A stretch of DNA of 44,353 nucleotides from positions 1-44,353 of IMG/VR virus record IMGVR_UViG_3300017766_001190; one strand, written 5' to 3'. Below, one piece after another: positions 1 through 8,256 of this stretch (within the stretch, counting starts at the first letter, position 1; each line of letters starts with the position of its first letter). This stretch comes from a virus (Duplodnaviria > Caudoviricetes). Position numbers and translations under genes: made by a program. Under the pieces are notes generated by a model. That model was not told the origin of the DNA and ran no database searches. It saw only the letters and a list, made by a program, of their open reading frames with translations.

Positions 1-1
1 A

Positions 2-436
2 CTTAGCAGTACAAATATAATGATATATTCCATAGCTTTCAAATCCATCCTCTTGAACCTCAAATATTTCAAATCTTATCTTTTGAAACTTAGGTTCAAT
101 TACATCTCCAGCTATTGGTGCTCTGCCTAAAATTTTAGTAATGTAGGTTTTGTTAAAAGTAAATACTTGATCAGATTCTAATTCAAGACCGAATTTAGTA
201 AGTCTTTCTTCAATAGCTTTAGGATCATAGTGACCATGAACAAGTATTGGTACTCTTGAAAGCGTCTTAGATCTATCTTCCATATAAACATCACTATATG
301 ACTTATCTTGGTAATACTTGTAATAAAGCATTTCAGATCCTGATAGCTTGATCAACTCATCATCAACTGAGTTGAACATTTCTATATCAGGATTCTTTAA
401 ATCAAATAGATTTAGTTTATAGGATCTTTCGGTCAT
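2..436 (-). CDS. gp14: Neck/head-closure protein, T4 gp14-like (truncated by window edge; not in ORF track)
   Basis: Manual translation from ATG at 436: MTERSYKLNLFDLKNPDIEMFNSVDDELIKLSGSEMLYYKY...DVYMED...LTKFGLELESDQVFTFNK...PIAGDVIEP...FEIFEVQED. The frame stays open to the window edge. The KFG and P..GD.I motifs and the position after gp13 fit gp14. Confidence 0.75.
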   Translation of the reverse strand, partial: MTERSYKLNLFDLKNPDIEMFNSVDDELIKLSGSEMLYYKYYQDKSYSDVYMEDRSKTLSRVPILVHGHYDPKAIEERLTKFGLELESDQVFTFNKTYITKILGRAPIAGDVIEPKFQKIRFEIFEVQEDGFESYGIYHYICTAK

Positions 437-766
437 TTAGCGTTCTTTTAATGATGAGCGATATCCTTCAGGTCTACTACTTCTTTCCTTTTCTCTTTCA
501 GGATTTCTTTTAATTCTATCATATGCAGGAAAAACCTTATTATATAAAGACTTATCTAAAGCAACACTTAATCTTCCTAGTCTATTTCCGGGGGGGATAA
601 TTGTCCTATCTCTCTCCCATGAAGTTTTATGTTTATGCCACCACTTTTTTCTTTTTTGTTGATAATTAGAGGCTATTTTTCTATGTTCTCTATACTTAGC
701 CAAGAAATCTTTAACTTCTGGAGAGAATTCTTCTAATAATAAATTGTATAGTGTGTTATAAATCAT
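437..766 (-). CDS. Basic hypothetical protein, putative internal head protein
   Basis: 109 aa, K/R-rich. Its N-terminal MIYNTLYNLLLEE resembles the leaders of neighbouring basic ORFs. It abuts both flanking genes. Confidence 0.6.
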   Translation of the reverse strand: MIYNTLYNLLLEEFSPEVKDFLAKYREHRKIASNYQQKRKKWWHKHKTSWERDRTIIPPGNRLGRLSVALDKSLYNKVFPAYDRIKRNPEREKERSSRPEGYRSSLKER

Positions 767-769
767 AAT

Positions 770-1639
770 TTAACCCCAAGATATTAATGGTGGTTCTTCT
801 AACTCATCAACTAATTCTCTTTCCAACTTTTGCATCTCCGACTGAGCTTGCTGAATTAGTTCTGATCCATTTAACTGTGCTCCACCAGCGGGTGATGGAA
901 CAGTTCTAAATTTACCTCTAATTTGACCTAGTGTTTCTTTTGAAACTGCTAAGGCATAATTTTGTATCCAGTTTAAATATGCAGGATGGATTGATTCACT
1001 GTTTATAGCTCTGTATACAATTATAACCTCTTCTCCTGAATACTGAGGATTGGGATATACTTGTAAATATCTTCCATCAATAACATCCCAGCTTCCGTCA
1101 TTACCTAAAATTCTTCTTGTCATCTCTAAGTGAGACTGTAATAGATAAAAGTCTCCCATACTAAAGTCTGTAAACAAGAAGTTTTCTTGGAAGTATTTAA
1201 TAAAGAAGTCAAACTCTAATGTTCCAGCCTGAGACTGCACGCTTAAAAAGTTTTTCTTGTATCCAACAAAGTCAATGTTATCCAAAATGTACTTTGGAAT
1301 CTCGTATAGGTTTACGTTATATTGTGCTCTAAAAGTCATCATCTGAGTGTTCCATCTTGGAGCATGATAATGAAGTTTAGTTATTGCAGTATGGATTGCT
1401 TGCTTTATGTTAAAGTCAGATAACTCAACCTTTACAACAGGATGACCTAATCTTCCTAATACATAATTACTTATTACTCTTTCAAAGTCAGTTAACTCTG
1501 TAGACTCTGCTGCATCTATTTTGTTTAAAGAGTCTCTATTTATATCACCATTAGGAATGGTGCTATCAACTCTATTTCCGGGGGATTTACCAAAACTGTT
1601 TCCATAAGAAGTTAGTTCGGGTTTAATTACATTAACCAT
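770..1639 (-). CDS. gp13: Neck protein / head-tail adaptor, T4 gp13-like
   Basis: Motifs LGRLGHPVVKVEL, WIQNYALAVSKETLGQIRGKF and P.GGAQLNGSELIQQAQSE...L are typical of gp13. It lies downstream of the major capsid gene. Confidence 0.88.
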   Translation of the reverse strand: MVNVIKPELTSYGNSFGKSPGNRVDSTIPNGDINRDSLNKIDAAESTELTDFERVISNYVLGRLGHPVVKVELSDFNIKQAIHTAITKLHYHAPRWNTQMMTFRAQYNVNLYEIPKYILDNIDFVGYKKNFLSVQSQAGTLEFDFFIKYFQENFLFTDFSMGDFYLLQSHLEMTRRILGNDGSWDVIDGRYLQVYPNPQYSGEEVIIVYRAINSESIHPAYLNWIQNYALAVSKETLGQIRGKFRTVPSPAGGAQLNGSELIQQAQSEMQKLERELVDELEEPPLISWG

Positions 1640-1640
1640 A

Positions 1641-2129
1641 TTACTTTATCCCCTTATCTCTTTTCTCTATTGGACTTCTAGTATGTTTAGAACGTGGATT
1701 TGATTTTCTGACTCTTTCAGAATGAACATAAGCTCCACCACCTTTTCTAGAAGCATCTTCTTTAGGTAATGGTTGAGTTGTAAACTGACGTAACCATTCT
1801 TGTTGAGTTAATTTATCCTTTTGTATTGGATCTGTTTGAACTTTTAATCTATGCCTAGTTCCACCAGTCTTCTTAGATCTAGATAATCTTTTTATAACAA
1901 CCTTTCGTTGTTGACCATAAGATCTCTTAGCCTTATCTAAGGCAGACTCTAAGTGAGCTATTTCTCTATAAGATGAGGATGGAATAGATTTACCACTAGT
2001 TAATTCTTTATGTCTTTTATGTAATTTATTTATTTGTCTTCCTATACTAAGAAGCTCATCAGAATCTGGCTGAAGACCAAAAGCTTCCTGTAATAAAAGC
2101 AAATAAATATTGGAAAAAACATTACTCAT
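1641..2129 (-). CDS. Basic hypothetical protein, putative internal head protein
   Basis: 162 aa, K/R-rich, with leader MSNVFSNIYLLLLQE. It is tightly packed in the operon. Confidence 0.6.
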   Translation of the reverse strand: MSNVFSNIYLLLLQEAFGLQPDSDELLSIGRQINKLHKRHKELTSGKSIPSSSYREIAHLESALDKAKRSYGQQRKVVIKRLSRSKKTGGTRHRLKVQTDPIQKDKLTQQEWLRQFTTQPLPKEDASRKGGGAYVHSERVRKSNPRSKHTRSPIEKRDKGIK

Positions 2130-2289
2130 TTTTCTTAGTCTTCTTGGACTTAGTTACTACTTCCTCTTTTTTAACAGGTTCTTCAATCTTTTTAACTTCT
2201 TCTACCTTTGGTTGGAGTTGAGCTAATCTCTCCTCCTTTTGAGCCTGAAGAATCTGAAGTCTCTGTATTCTGTGTTGACGGGATGACAT
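2122..2289 (-). CDS. Unannotated 55-aa K/E-rich protein overlapping the 78-aa ORF in another frame
   Basis: MSSRQHRIQRLQILQAQKEERLAQLQPKVEEVKKIEEPVKKEEVVTKSKKTKKNE*. GAGGAG lies 7 nt before the ATG. It fills the 2130-2191 gap and its stop overlaps the start of the next gene. Confidence 0.65.
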   Translation of the reverse strand: MSSRQHRIQRLQILQAQKEERLAQLQPKVEEVKKIEEPVKKEEVVTKSKKTKKNE

Positions 2290-2428
2290 TTTCTTTCTCC
2301 TCTAAAATTAAGTTTGGGTAATCTAAGACAATTTCCGATTCGAGTATTTGGTTGGGGAAAACTTCAATTACTCGATTGTTTATTGCAATTAAAAATGGAA
2401 ATCGACATTTTGATCTATAGATGTACAT
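2192..2428 (-). CDS. Small hypothetical protein downstream of the major capsid gene
   Basis: 78-aa ORF preceded by a late-promoter-like motif. The N-terminal half is beta-like. The C-terminal third overlaps the 55-aa ORF. Confidence 0.6.
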   Translation of the reverse strand: MYIYRSKCRFPFLIAINNRVIEVFPNQILESEIVLDYPNLILEEKENVIPSTQNTETSDSSGSKGGEISSTPTKGRRS

Positions 2429-2430
2429 CT

Positions 2431-2442
2431 ATTTATATATAG
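2431..2442 (-). promoter_or_regulatory. Putative late promoter (CTATATATAAAT, running into TATAAATA)
   Basis: Matches the T4 late -10 box TATAAATA and the CTAWATA motif seen at 19253, 38521 and 42611. Confidence 0.5.
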
Positions 2443-2444
2443 TA

Positions 2445-2484
2445 AATAAAATAAAAGGAGCCAGCTTTTTTTTAAGCTGGCTCC
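2445..2484 (-). terminator. Rho-independent terminator after the major capsid gene
   Basis: 11-bp stem GGAGCCAGCTT/AAGCTGGCTCC (2457-2467 and 2474-2484) with a 6-nt loop, followed on the minus strand by TTTTATTTTATTT. Confidence 0.85.
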
Positions 2485-2508
2485 CATTTTTAAGTTAACC
2501 GATTAGTA

Positions 2509-4062
2509 TCAACCAGCGGCTGTTACGTTACCGACGTTAGTGGCACGCTCGAATGGAGCATAGAGGTAGTTGAGAGTGCTGGGACCGATGATACGGAGTA
2601 CACGGTAGAATCTAGCTTCTGGCGAGATTGCAACCATACCGTAACGAGTCATGATGCCCTTTCTTGGTTGGAAAGTGGCAGGATCAACTACTGTGGGGAG
2701 GTTCTCAATTGGAATGTATGGAGCATAAACGAATCCAGTATCCATTGGACCTGTGCCCTTATAACCCATGAGGATTTCGTCTTCAGGCCAGAGTGGGTCG
2801 ATGTAAAGATCATACTTACCACCGAGCTTACCCTTGAACTGAATCTGACCACCCATGTTTGTTGGGCCTTCAACTCTGGATCCACCATTACCACCCATAC
2901 CACCACCGAGTTGAGCAGCGGTTTCGAGCATTGCACCAACGAGTGGTGAGGTTACAATCCATGAACCGGGACCACGGTGAGTGGTCTTGTAAATGTCTTG
3001 TGACATGAGGTTAAGAGCAGCCCACATATTTGACCAAACTTGACCAACGTGCTGTGGGTTAAAGTTAAATGCAGAGCTTGAGAAGTCAATTACCCAGACG
3101 TTTCTTGAAGTACCAGTTGGGTTAGTTGGAAGTGCAGCACCGCCAGTAAAGTCCCATTGGAACTTATCTGGTGTGAATGAATCAGCACCACCAGTGTTAC
3201 CGATTGCTTGGCTATTAGCTAGGTCGAGTGTATTTCTGTACCAACCACCGAAACCGTTTGCAACGGCAGTATCGTAAGCGATACCACGGAGGTTTTCTAG
3301 AATTTCACGGTCGATTTCGAGTCTTAGCTCATTACCCATGAGTTCAGTGAGTTCTTGCTCAAGATCAAGGTTGTGATAAGCCTTGAGATCTTGTGAAGCC
3401 TCAATTGTCCAGAGTGTACGCATCTTACGAGTGCGTGCGATTAGAGGCTGTTGCTCGATTGAGATGTTAACCTCTGGAATAGCGGATCCGCTGAGAAATT
3501 CACCAGCAGATACGTTAAATCCGTGAATTCTTGAGGAATCAGGCCATCCAGCAATACGACCACCGAATGTGGTTGATGCAGAACCTCTTGTTCTATTGTA
3601 GATTGCACTAAGTTCTGGAGCACCACTATCAATATCGAGGGAGTTACCAACCATACCAATTGGTGCAGTTGTGCTACCCTGATATGTTAACTGGTACTTA
3701 CTGTAGAGGCTTTGACGGGTTGAACCGTACTGACGGCCACTACCTAAGTAGAATACTTGACCAACTGGTCCCTGCATAGGCTGCTGGGCAACGATTGCGT
3801 TAGCAATGAGTTGGGGGAATACTCTACGGATTAGAGGGAATGCGAACTTCTGGAATGTTCCAAGTGATCCAGTAGAGGTAGCAGCCTCGTACCCAGCAAC
3901 TGAGCTTTCGTCTATTTTCTTGCTTTTTTCAAGAAGAATAGCCTTGGCTTGGTTTTCGTAAAGTGTAGCTACAACCTTGCGAGTGTAAGAGTCATCAATG
4001 CCTTTTAGAGCGGCACCCCACTTACTTACAAGGTCTTCGCCATTTTCAATTAAATGCTTCAT
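2509..4062 (-). CDS. gp23: Major capsid protein, T4 gp23 family
   Basis: Motifs KW..L.GI, LYENQ, PLIRRVFPQLIA, QPMQGPVGQVFYL, ARTRKM..WTIEASQDLKAYH.LD.E.EL, EIDREI, YAPYIP and DPATFQPRKGIMTRYG. The raised GC fits a highly expressed gene. Confidence 0.97.
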   Translation of the reverse strand: MKHLIENGEDLVSKWGAALKGIDDSYTRKVVATLYENQAKAILLEKSKKIDESSVAGYEAATSTGSLGTFQKFAFPLIRRVFPQLIANAIVAQQPMQGPVGQVFYLGSGRQYGSTRQSLYSKYQLTYQGSTTAPIGMVGNSLDIDSGAPELSAIYNRTRGSASTTFGGRIAGWPDSSRIHGFNVSAGEFLSGSAIPEVNISIEQQPLIARTRKMRTLWTIEASQDLKAYHNLDLEQELTELMGNELRLEIDREILENLRGIAYDTAVANGFGGWYRNTLDLANSQAIGNTGGADSFTPDKFQWDFTGGAALPTNPTGTSRNVWVIDFSSSAFNFNPQHVGQVWSNMWAALNLMSQDIYKTTHRGPGSWIVTSPLVGAMLETAAQLGGGMGGNGGSRVEGPTNMGGQIQFKGKLGGKYDLYIDPLWPEDEILMGYKGTGPMDTGFVYAPYIPIENLPTVVDPATFQPRKGIMTRYGMVAISPEARFYRVLRIIGPSTLNYLYAPFERATNVGNVTAAG

Positions 4063-4076
4063 AAATCTATTAATCC

Positions 4077-4676
4077 TTATTTTTTAGGCATTAATGCCAT
4101 TACATTCTCGTTGAGGAATGGATTAGAACGATCTAACCCTGAATCTGAATCCTTAACTTGTTCCTCGGCAAGAATTAAGGCTTTTTCACTCGACTTAAAT
4201 GGTCTTCGTGTATCTAATAATGTTTCAACTTGCTCACTTAGTGGAATTAATTGTTCCTTTAGATGAACTGAAGTTGACTTGTATTTCTTTGCAATAGTCT
4301 TATACTTATTAATTTCAGGAATTAAATTATTAATTTGCTGAATTAAAATAGCATTTTCTTCTTTAAGTGTTTCCACTTCTTCATTTACTTCAGGCTCTTT
4401 GACTTCAGTAACACCTAGAATATCCTGAAGCTTACGGAATTGCATTGCATCTCTGTAAAGTTCACTCTCTTCGGTAATCTCTGACTCAGCTTGTTCCTTT
4501 AGTAAATCAATATTACCACGGATAAATGCCATGGTCTTAGCTTCAAGTAATTTAATTCTTTCAGAAACTTCTTCATTGATAAAATCAGAAATCAGAGTTG
4601 CGATCTGATTTAAGTTATCTTCTGATAAATTGTCTGGAAGTAAATCACTTAATTTATCGAGTTTATTTTTTTTCAT
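4077..4676 (-). CDS. gp22: Prohead core scaffolding protein, T4 gp22-like
   Basis: Acidic, coiled-coil-like 199-aa protein directly upstream of the capsid gene, with many (I/L)XE sites. Confidence 0.72.
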   Translation of the reverse strand: MKKNKLDKLSDLLPDNLSEDNLNQIATLISDFINEEVSERIKLLEAKTMAFIRGNIDLLKEQAESEITEESELYRDAMQFRKLQDILGVTEVKEPEVNEEVETLKEENAILIQQINNLIPEINKYKTIAKKYKSTSVHLKEQLIPLSEQVETLLDTRRPFKSSEKALILAEEQVKDSDSGLDRSNPFLNENVMALMPKK

Positions 4677-4682
4677 ATTGTA

Positions 4683-4716
4683 CCTATCTCTATTTATTTA
4701 ACTTAAAGTTAAATAA
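4683..4716 (-). promoter_or_regulatory. Putative late promoter TAAATAGAGATAGG with adjacent perfect inverted repeat
   Basis: 4683-4696 is 13/14 identical to 9608-9621. Inverted repeat TTATTTAACTT-A-AAGTTAAATAA at 4694-4716. Confidence 0.55.
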
Positions 4717-4725
4717 GAATTTTTT

Positions 4726-5730
4726 TTATTTTTTGCTGCCTTTTTTGTTCTCTATAGCAGCAGCAATAAAATCACCTCTAGTAATCTTATCATAAGGAGG
4801 ATATAGGCTAGCTAAATCCTTCTTGCCACCTTTATTTTTCTTCTTCATTAAGTGCATAGCTTCTGCTATTAACAATCCAATATTTCTGTATTCTCTACTT
4901 GCATTCATACTTCCATACCCAAGTCTACGTTGAGCCGTTACTCTTGATTTATCACCGCTTAATATATTTCTAACATCCTGAGGAGATCCTACAAAATTTC
5001 CTGGACCTGCATCTGTTGCATTTCTTAGAGTAGGTCTATCAAATTGAGGAAATCTAGATCTTTGAGAAGTTACAGGAACTCCTGATCTAAAGCCTGTGGG
5101 AGAATCACCCGGTAAAATTGTATCAAACTCTCCTTTTCTTCCTCTACCTGAAGTACGATTATTAGATCCTCCTGAGCGTGCATGGAAATCTCTAAGACCT
5201 AAGTGTCCGGGATCTCGGACATCAGCCCTAATGTCATCCATTGCTGTTAAATTTCTTTCACTTCTAGCTAGTCCAGCTTGTCTTAGCTGCCCTAATTGAG
5301 TATCTTGTAATCCTTTGGCTCTGTCTGTATTTACCTTACCTCGGATTCTAGCAAGTCTTATTCGTTGTTTTGCTGCTAGTCTAGCTATACGATCTGTTTT
5401 AGCTATACGATCTGTTTTAGAAGCAATTGATGAAGGTCTATCCTCTCCTTTATCCCTTAAACTCTTTTTTTCTATTGATCTAGCAATTCTTACATTTCTT
5501 TTTTCATCTTCAGAAATAATTTTTTTTCCTATCAATGTATAAAAGTTCATTTCATCTACTCCTGATATTTTTCCTTTGTTTTTAGAAGCATAGAATACTT
5601 TTTTACCTTTTTTACCCTTCTTACCATCCTTCATTGGGGGTTTAACCTTCATCTTGGGCTTCTTAGCTTCAAGTAAATGAGATAAACCTAGTGATTCATA
5701 CACTAAAATTTGTCCGAATGAGTTTGTCAT
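4726..5730 (-). CDS. Highly basic modular protein, putative internal head polyprotein (possible internal start at 5550)
   Basis: 334 aa, K/R-rich, with three leader-like segments ending LLE, ISE and IAE. AGGAG lies 8 nt upstream of the in-frame ATG at 5550. Confidence 0.65.
   Translation of the reverse strand: MTNSFGQILVYESLGLSHLLEAKKPKMKVKPPMKDGKKGKKGKKVFYASKNKGKISGVDEMNFYTLIGKKIISEDEKRNVRIARSIEKKSLRDKGEDRPSSIASKTDRIAKTDRIARLAAKQRIRLARIRGKVNTDRAKGLQDTQLGQLRQAGLARSERNLTAMDDIRADVRDPGHLGLRDFHARSGGSNNRTSGRGRKGEFDTILPGDSPTGFRSGVPVTSQRSRFPQFDRPTLRNATDAGPGNFVGSPQDVRNILSGDKSRVTAQRRLGYGSMNASREYRNIGLLIAEAMHLMKKKNKGGKKDLASLYPPYDKITRGDFIAAAIENKKGSKK
5382..5417. repeat. Perfect 18-bp tandem duplication (2 copies)
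   Basis: TAGCTATACGATCTGTTT at 5382-5399 and 5400-5417. It encodes KTDRIA twice. Confidence 0.95.
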
Positions 5731-5731
5731 A

Positions 5732-6154
5732 CTAGCAATTCCACTTTCTTAATGATTTATTAATTCTGCTATTGGGATCATTAGCGGTCTTTGAAGAAGT
5801 ACGTCTTCTTTTCATACCTTTCATTCTGGCACAGAATGATTTACGTCTCTTAGCAGCTTTACTCCCCTTCTTTAATTTTGAAGGAGGAGTTGTAACAGCA
5901 GTCTTTAATTTAGAACCGGGGTTTTCTCTTCTGTAAGACATTACCCCTTTTCTATTTAATCCACCACTTGGATCTTTACCTTCTGCTCGTTGCCAAGCAG
6001 CACTTTTCTCTAATAGTAGTGCTTCTAAAGATTCCTTAATAGGAACACAATTAGGTACTTTTCTGCCATTTTTCTTTTTCATTCCAACAGCAGTATAGCC
6101 TTTCCAACATGGATCTTTTTTTTCTAATAATAATGTTTTTAATAAAATAAACAT
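5732..6154 (-). CDS. Basic two-module phage protein (DPCWKGY...VPNCVP module plus RRKSFCARM...WNC module)
   Basis: From recall, both modules recur in hypothetical proteins of T4-like cyanophages, and the second may correspond to DUF6321 (unverified). Each module is preceded by LLLE. Confidence 0.75.
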   Translation of the reverse strand: MFILLKTLLLEKKDPCWKGYTAVGMKKKNGRKVPNCVPIKESLEALLLEKSAAWQRAEGKDPSGGLNRKGVMSYRRENPGSKLKTAVTTPPSKLKKGSKAAKRRKSFCARMKGMKRRRTSSKTANDPNSRINKSLRKWNC

Positions 6155-6157
6155 AAT

Positions 6158-7429
6158 TTATTTTTTATTTTGTTTGGACTTTACATCCATTACACAGCGT
6201 TCGAACTTTTTACTTTTCTTTTTACCTGTTGAAGCATGACAAACAGCCCAAGGATTTACTTTTTGTTCAGATACTTCAGAAGGAGGAGCAGTTCTCATTC
6301 TTTTTAATTTACCTTCTAATTGGCTTATTTGAAAATCTATATTGATTCTCCTTTTATCTGTAGGGTCTAATAAAGTTTTAGTATTTTTTAATTGTGATAT
6401 TTGTTTCTTAATACTATCTGATGGATCAGTTCTTTCGTTTACTAGATTACCTTTTAATTCAGTAGAATCATTTCTTCCTCTCTGCCACGAATCATCATCA
6501 GGGTTTTCTGCTCTTCTTTTAAGAGATTCTTCGTGAGCTTTCTTAGCAGCTTCAGAAGCAGCAGCCTTTTCAGCTAATTTACTTTTTAATTTATTTATTC
6601 TTCCACTTAAAGTTACTTTTAAGTGAGGATCGTCTGTAGATGAATGTTGAGCTTCTAAGCTAGCTAATTCTCTTGTATATTTTGATTTAGTTCCTTCTTC
6701 AGCTTTTTCTTGTGCTGCAACAGATTTCTTTGGTTCTCTTTGTCCAGAAATTTGTTCACCCCTTACACTAGTATCTTTACCTTTTTTAGAGACTTCATTA
6801 ATAGAACCAAATAACTTACTTATTCTATCATCTTTAAGTTTAGTTAATTTTGATTCTAATAAGTTCATAAATACTTTATGCTTTATTGCTTCCTTCTTAG
6901 TCTTCTCAATTAAGACTGATTCATTTACTAAAGAAGGATAAGCACCCTTTGTTGAAGGGTCAGCAACTAAATCAAATGTTACTGCTCTGTAATCTTCATT
7001 GACTTCAAATTTACCGGGAGCATCCGAGCAAGGCTTTAAAGATCCAAGACCTCTGCTTGAAACTCCTATTCTTACTCCATCTTTAATTAACTGTTGAGCA
7101 ACTTTACCAGCAGGAGTATTTAATAACTGAGATTCTCCAATGAGAACATTACCCTGCCATGATAAATTAGTAATCATGTGTGATGCATTGGTAAGCTTTA
7201 CGGTAGGATTATCTGGGTGATCAAGTTCTCCAAGAAGTCTGTTTTCTTTAACTAATGGCATTAATTTAGTGACTTCTCTTTCCATGATCATTTTAGGGTA
7301 TCTTCGATTGTTATTATTAAACTCTTCTGCACGACCGAAGATTCCTCTGATCTTCATAGTACCTGATTCTTTTGATTCAGATACTATTTGAACTGGTTCT
7401 AATCTAAAATAATCAATAAGTAATTCCAT
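6158..7429 (-). CDS. gp21: Prohead core protease, T4 gp21 family, with long C-terminal extension (start revised from 7465 to 7429)
   Basis: Motifs N.N.RRYP, LGELDHP, ASH, LLNTPAGK, GVSSRGLGS and FDLVADPS. The ATG at 7429 follows the upstream stop at 7431-7433. Confidence 0.93.
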   Translation of the reverse strand: MELLIDYFRLEPVQIVSESKESGTMKIRGIFGRAEEFNNNNRRYPKMIMEREVTKLMPLVKENRLLGELDHPDNPTVKLTNASHMITNLSWQGNVLIGESQLLNTPAGKVAQQLIKDGVRIGVSSRGLGSLKPCSDAPGKFEVNEDYRAVTFDLVADPSTKGAYPSLVNESVLIEKTKKEAIKHKVFMNLLESKLTKLKDDRISKLFGSINEVSKKGKDTSVRGEQISGQREPKKSVAAQEKAEEGTKSKYTRELASLEAQHSSTDDPHLKVTLSGRINKLKSKLAEKAAASEAAKKAHEESLKRRAENPDDDSWQRGRNDSTELKGNLVNERTDPSDSIKKQISQLKNTKTLLDPTDKRRINIDFQISQLEGKLKRMRTAPPSEVSEQKVNPWAVCHASTGKKKSKKFERCVMDVKSKQNKK

Positions 7430-7430
7430 A

Positions 7431-7847
7431 TTATTTACCCTGTTTTCTTGCTGTAGATCTTTCATCAGCCTGTCTTAACACTCTAGCAACTCTTAAGTTT
7501 CTTCTAGCTGATTGCTTATGAACATCTGATTCTGCACCTAATGAAGGATCTCCCATAGCACCTATATCACTTGCAGTCCCTCTTAATCTTGACATAGCCA
7601 TTGAAGCTGCTATGTTTCCTCTTGCAGCTTGTCTTCTTTCATTTGCTAGTTCACCTAAAGACTTCTTACGAGGTGGTCCCTTAGGTTCCTCAGGTGCCTT
7701 CGGCTTCTTAGATCCTTTAAAAAACTTAGCAACTTTGGCTCCACCTTTTCTTAACATATCCATTACACCTTCGTCTAATGAATTTAAAGATTGGTTTACT
7801 AGAGCTTCGTATAATCTTTCTAATTGGTAATCAACTTTCTTAGCCAT
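7431..7847 (-). CDS. Basic hypothetical protein, putative internal head protein
   Basis: 138 aa. An acidic leader ending SLDE is followed by a K/R-rich body. Confidence 0.6.
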   Translation of the reverse strand: MAKKVDYQLERLYEALVNQSLNSLDEGVMDMLRKGGAKVAKFFKGSKKPKAPEEPKGPPRKKSLGELANERRQAARGNIAASMAMSRLRGTASDIGAMGDPSLGAESDVHKQSARRNLRVARVLRQADERSTARKQGK

Positions 7848-8256
7848 AATTCTTCCTTGATTTTTTAACTTTTAATTTTTTCTTAGCAGGTTTAGAGGAG
7901 TATCCACCCATGTTCATACCTATAGAACCACAAGTAGTCATTTCATCTATAAGTGATTTAGCTTCAGAAATAAGAGTAACTAATCTTCTGACATATGCAT
8001 CTAAATCTACTTCTTGTACTTCTTCTTCTATTACAGGAGCCTCAATCTTTTTGATAGGCTTCTTGGATTTAACACCAAAGGAGTTTTCAAGTATTACAGA
8101 AGTATAAGTTTCAGGAACTTTAACTTTAGATATATCAGGGGCATCACTCTTCATGATCCCCTTTGGAGTCGATATAATTTTTTTAGAATCTTTTGATTCT
8201 GTTTTTAATATAGACTCCGCTATATTAGCTATGTCAAAATCATTTACTTTACTCAT
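7840..8256 (-). CDS. Hypothetical prohead-associated protein
   Basis: 138 aa with IAE, ILE, IEE, ISE and IDE sites and a basic tail after IDE|MTTCGSIG. It overlaps both neighbours. Confidence 0.6.
   Translation of the reverse strand: MSKVNDFDIANIAESILKTESKDSKKIISTPKGIMKSDAPDISKVKVPETYTSVILENSFGVKSKKPIKKIEAPVIEEEVQEVDLDAYVRRLVTLISEAKSLIDEMTTCGSIGMNMGGYSSKPAKKKLKVKKSRKNYG

Noticed and set aside
581-1584. 14-nt direct repeat TCTATTTCCGGGGG at 581 and 1571
   Set aside because: Both copies encode Pro-Gly-Asn-Arg under CCWGG avoidance and there is no extended homology.
2509-4062. Raised GC across the capsid gene as horizontal transfer
   Set aside because: It is more simply explained by codon optimisation of a highly expressed gene. 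The core gene at 9224..9583 shows the same shift.
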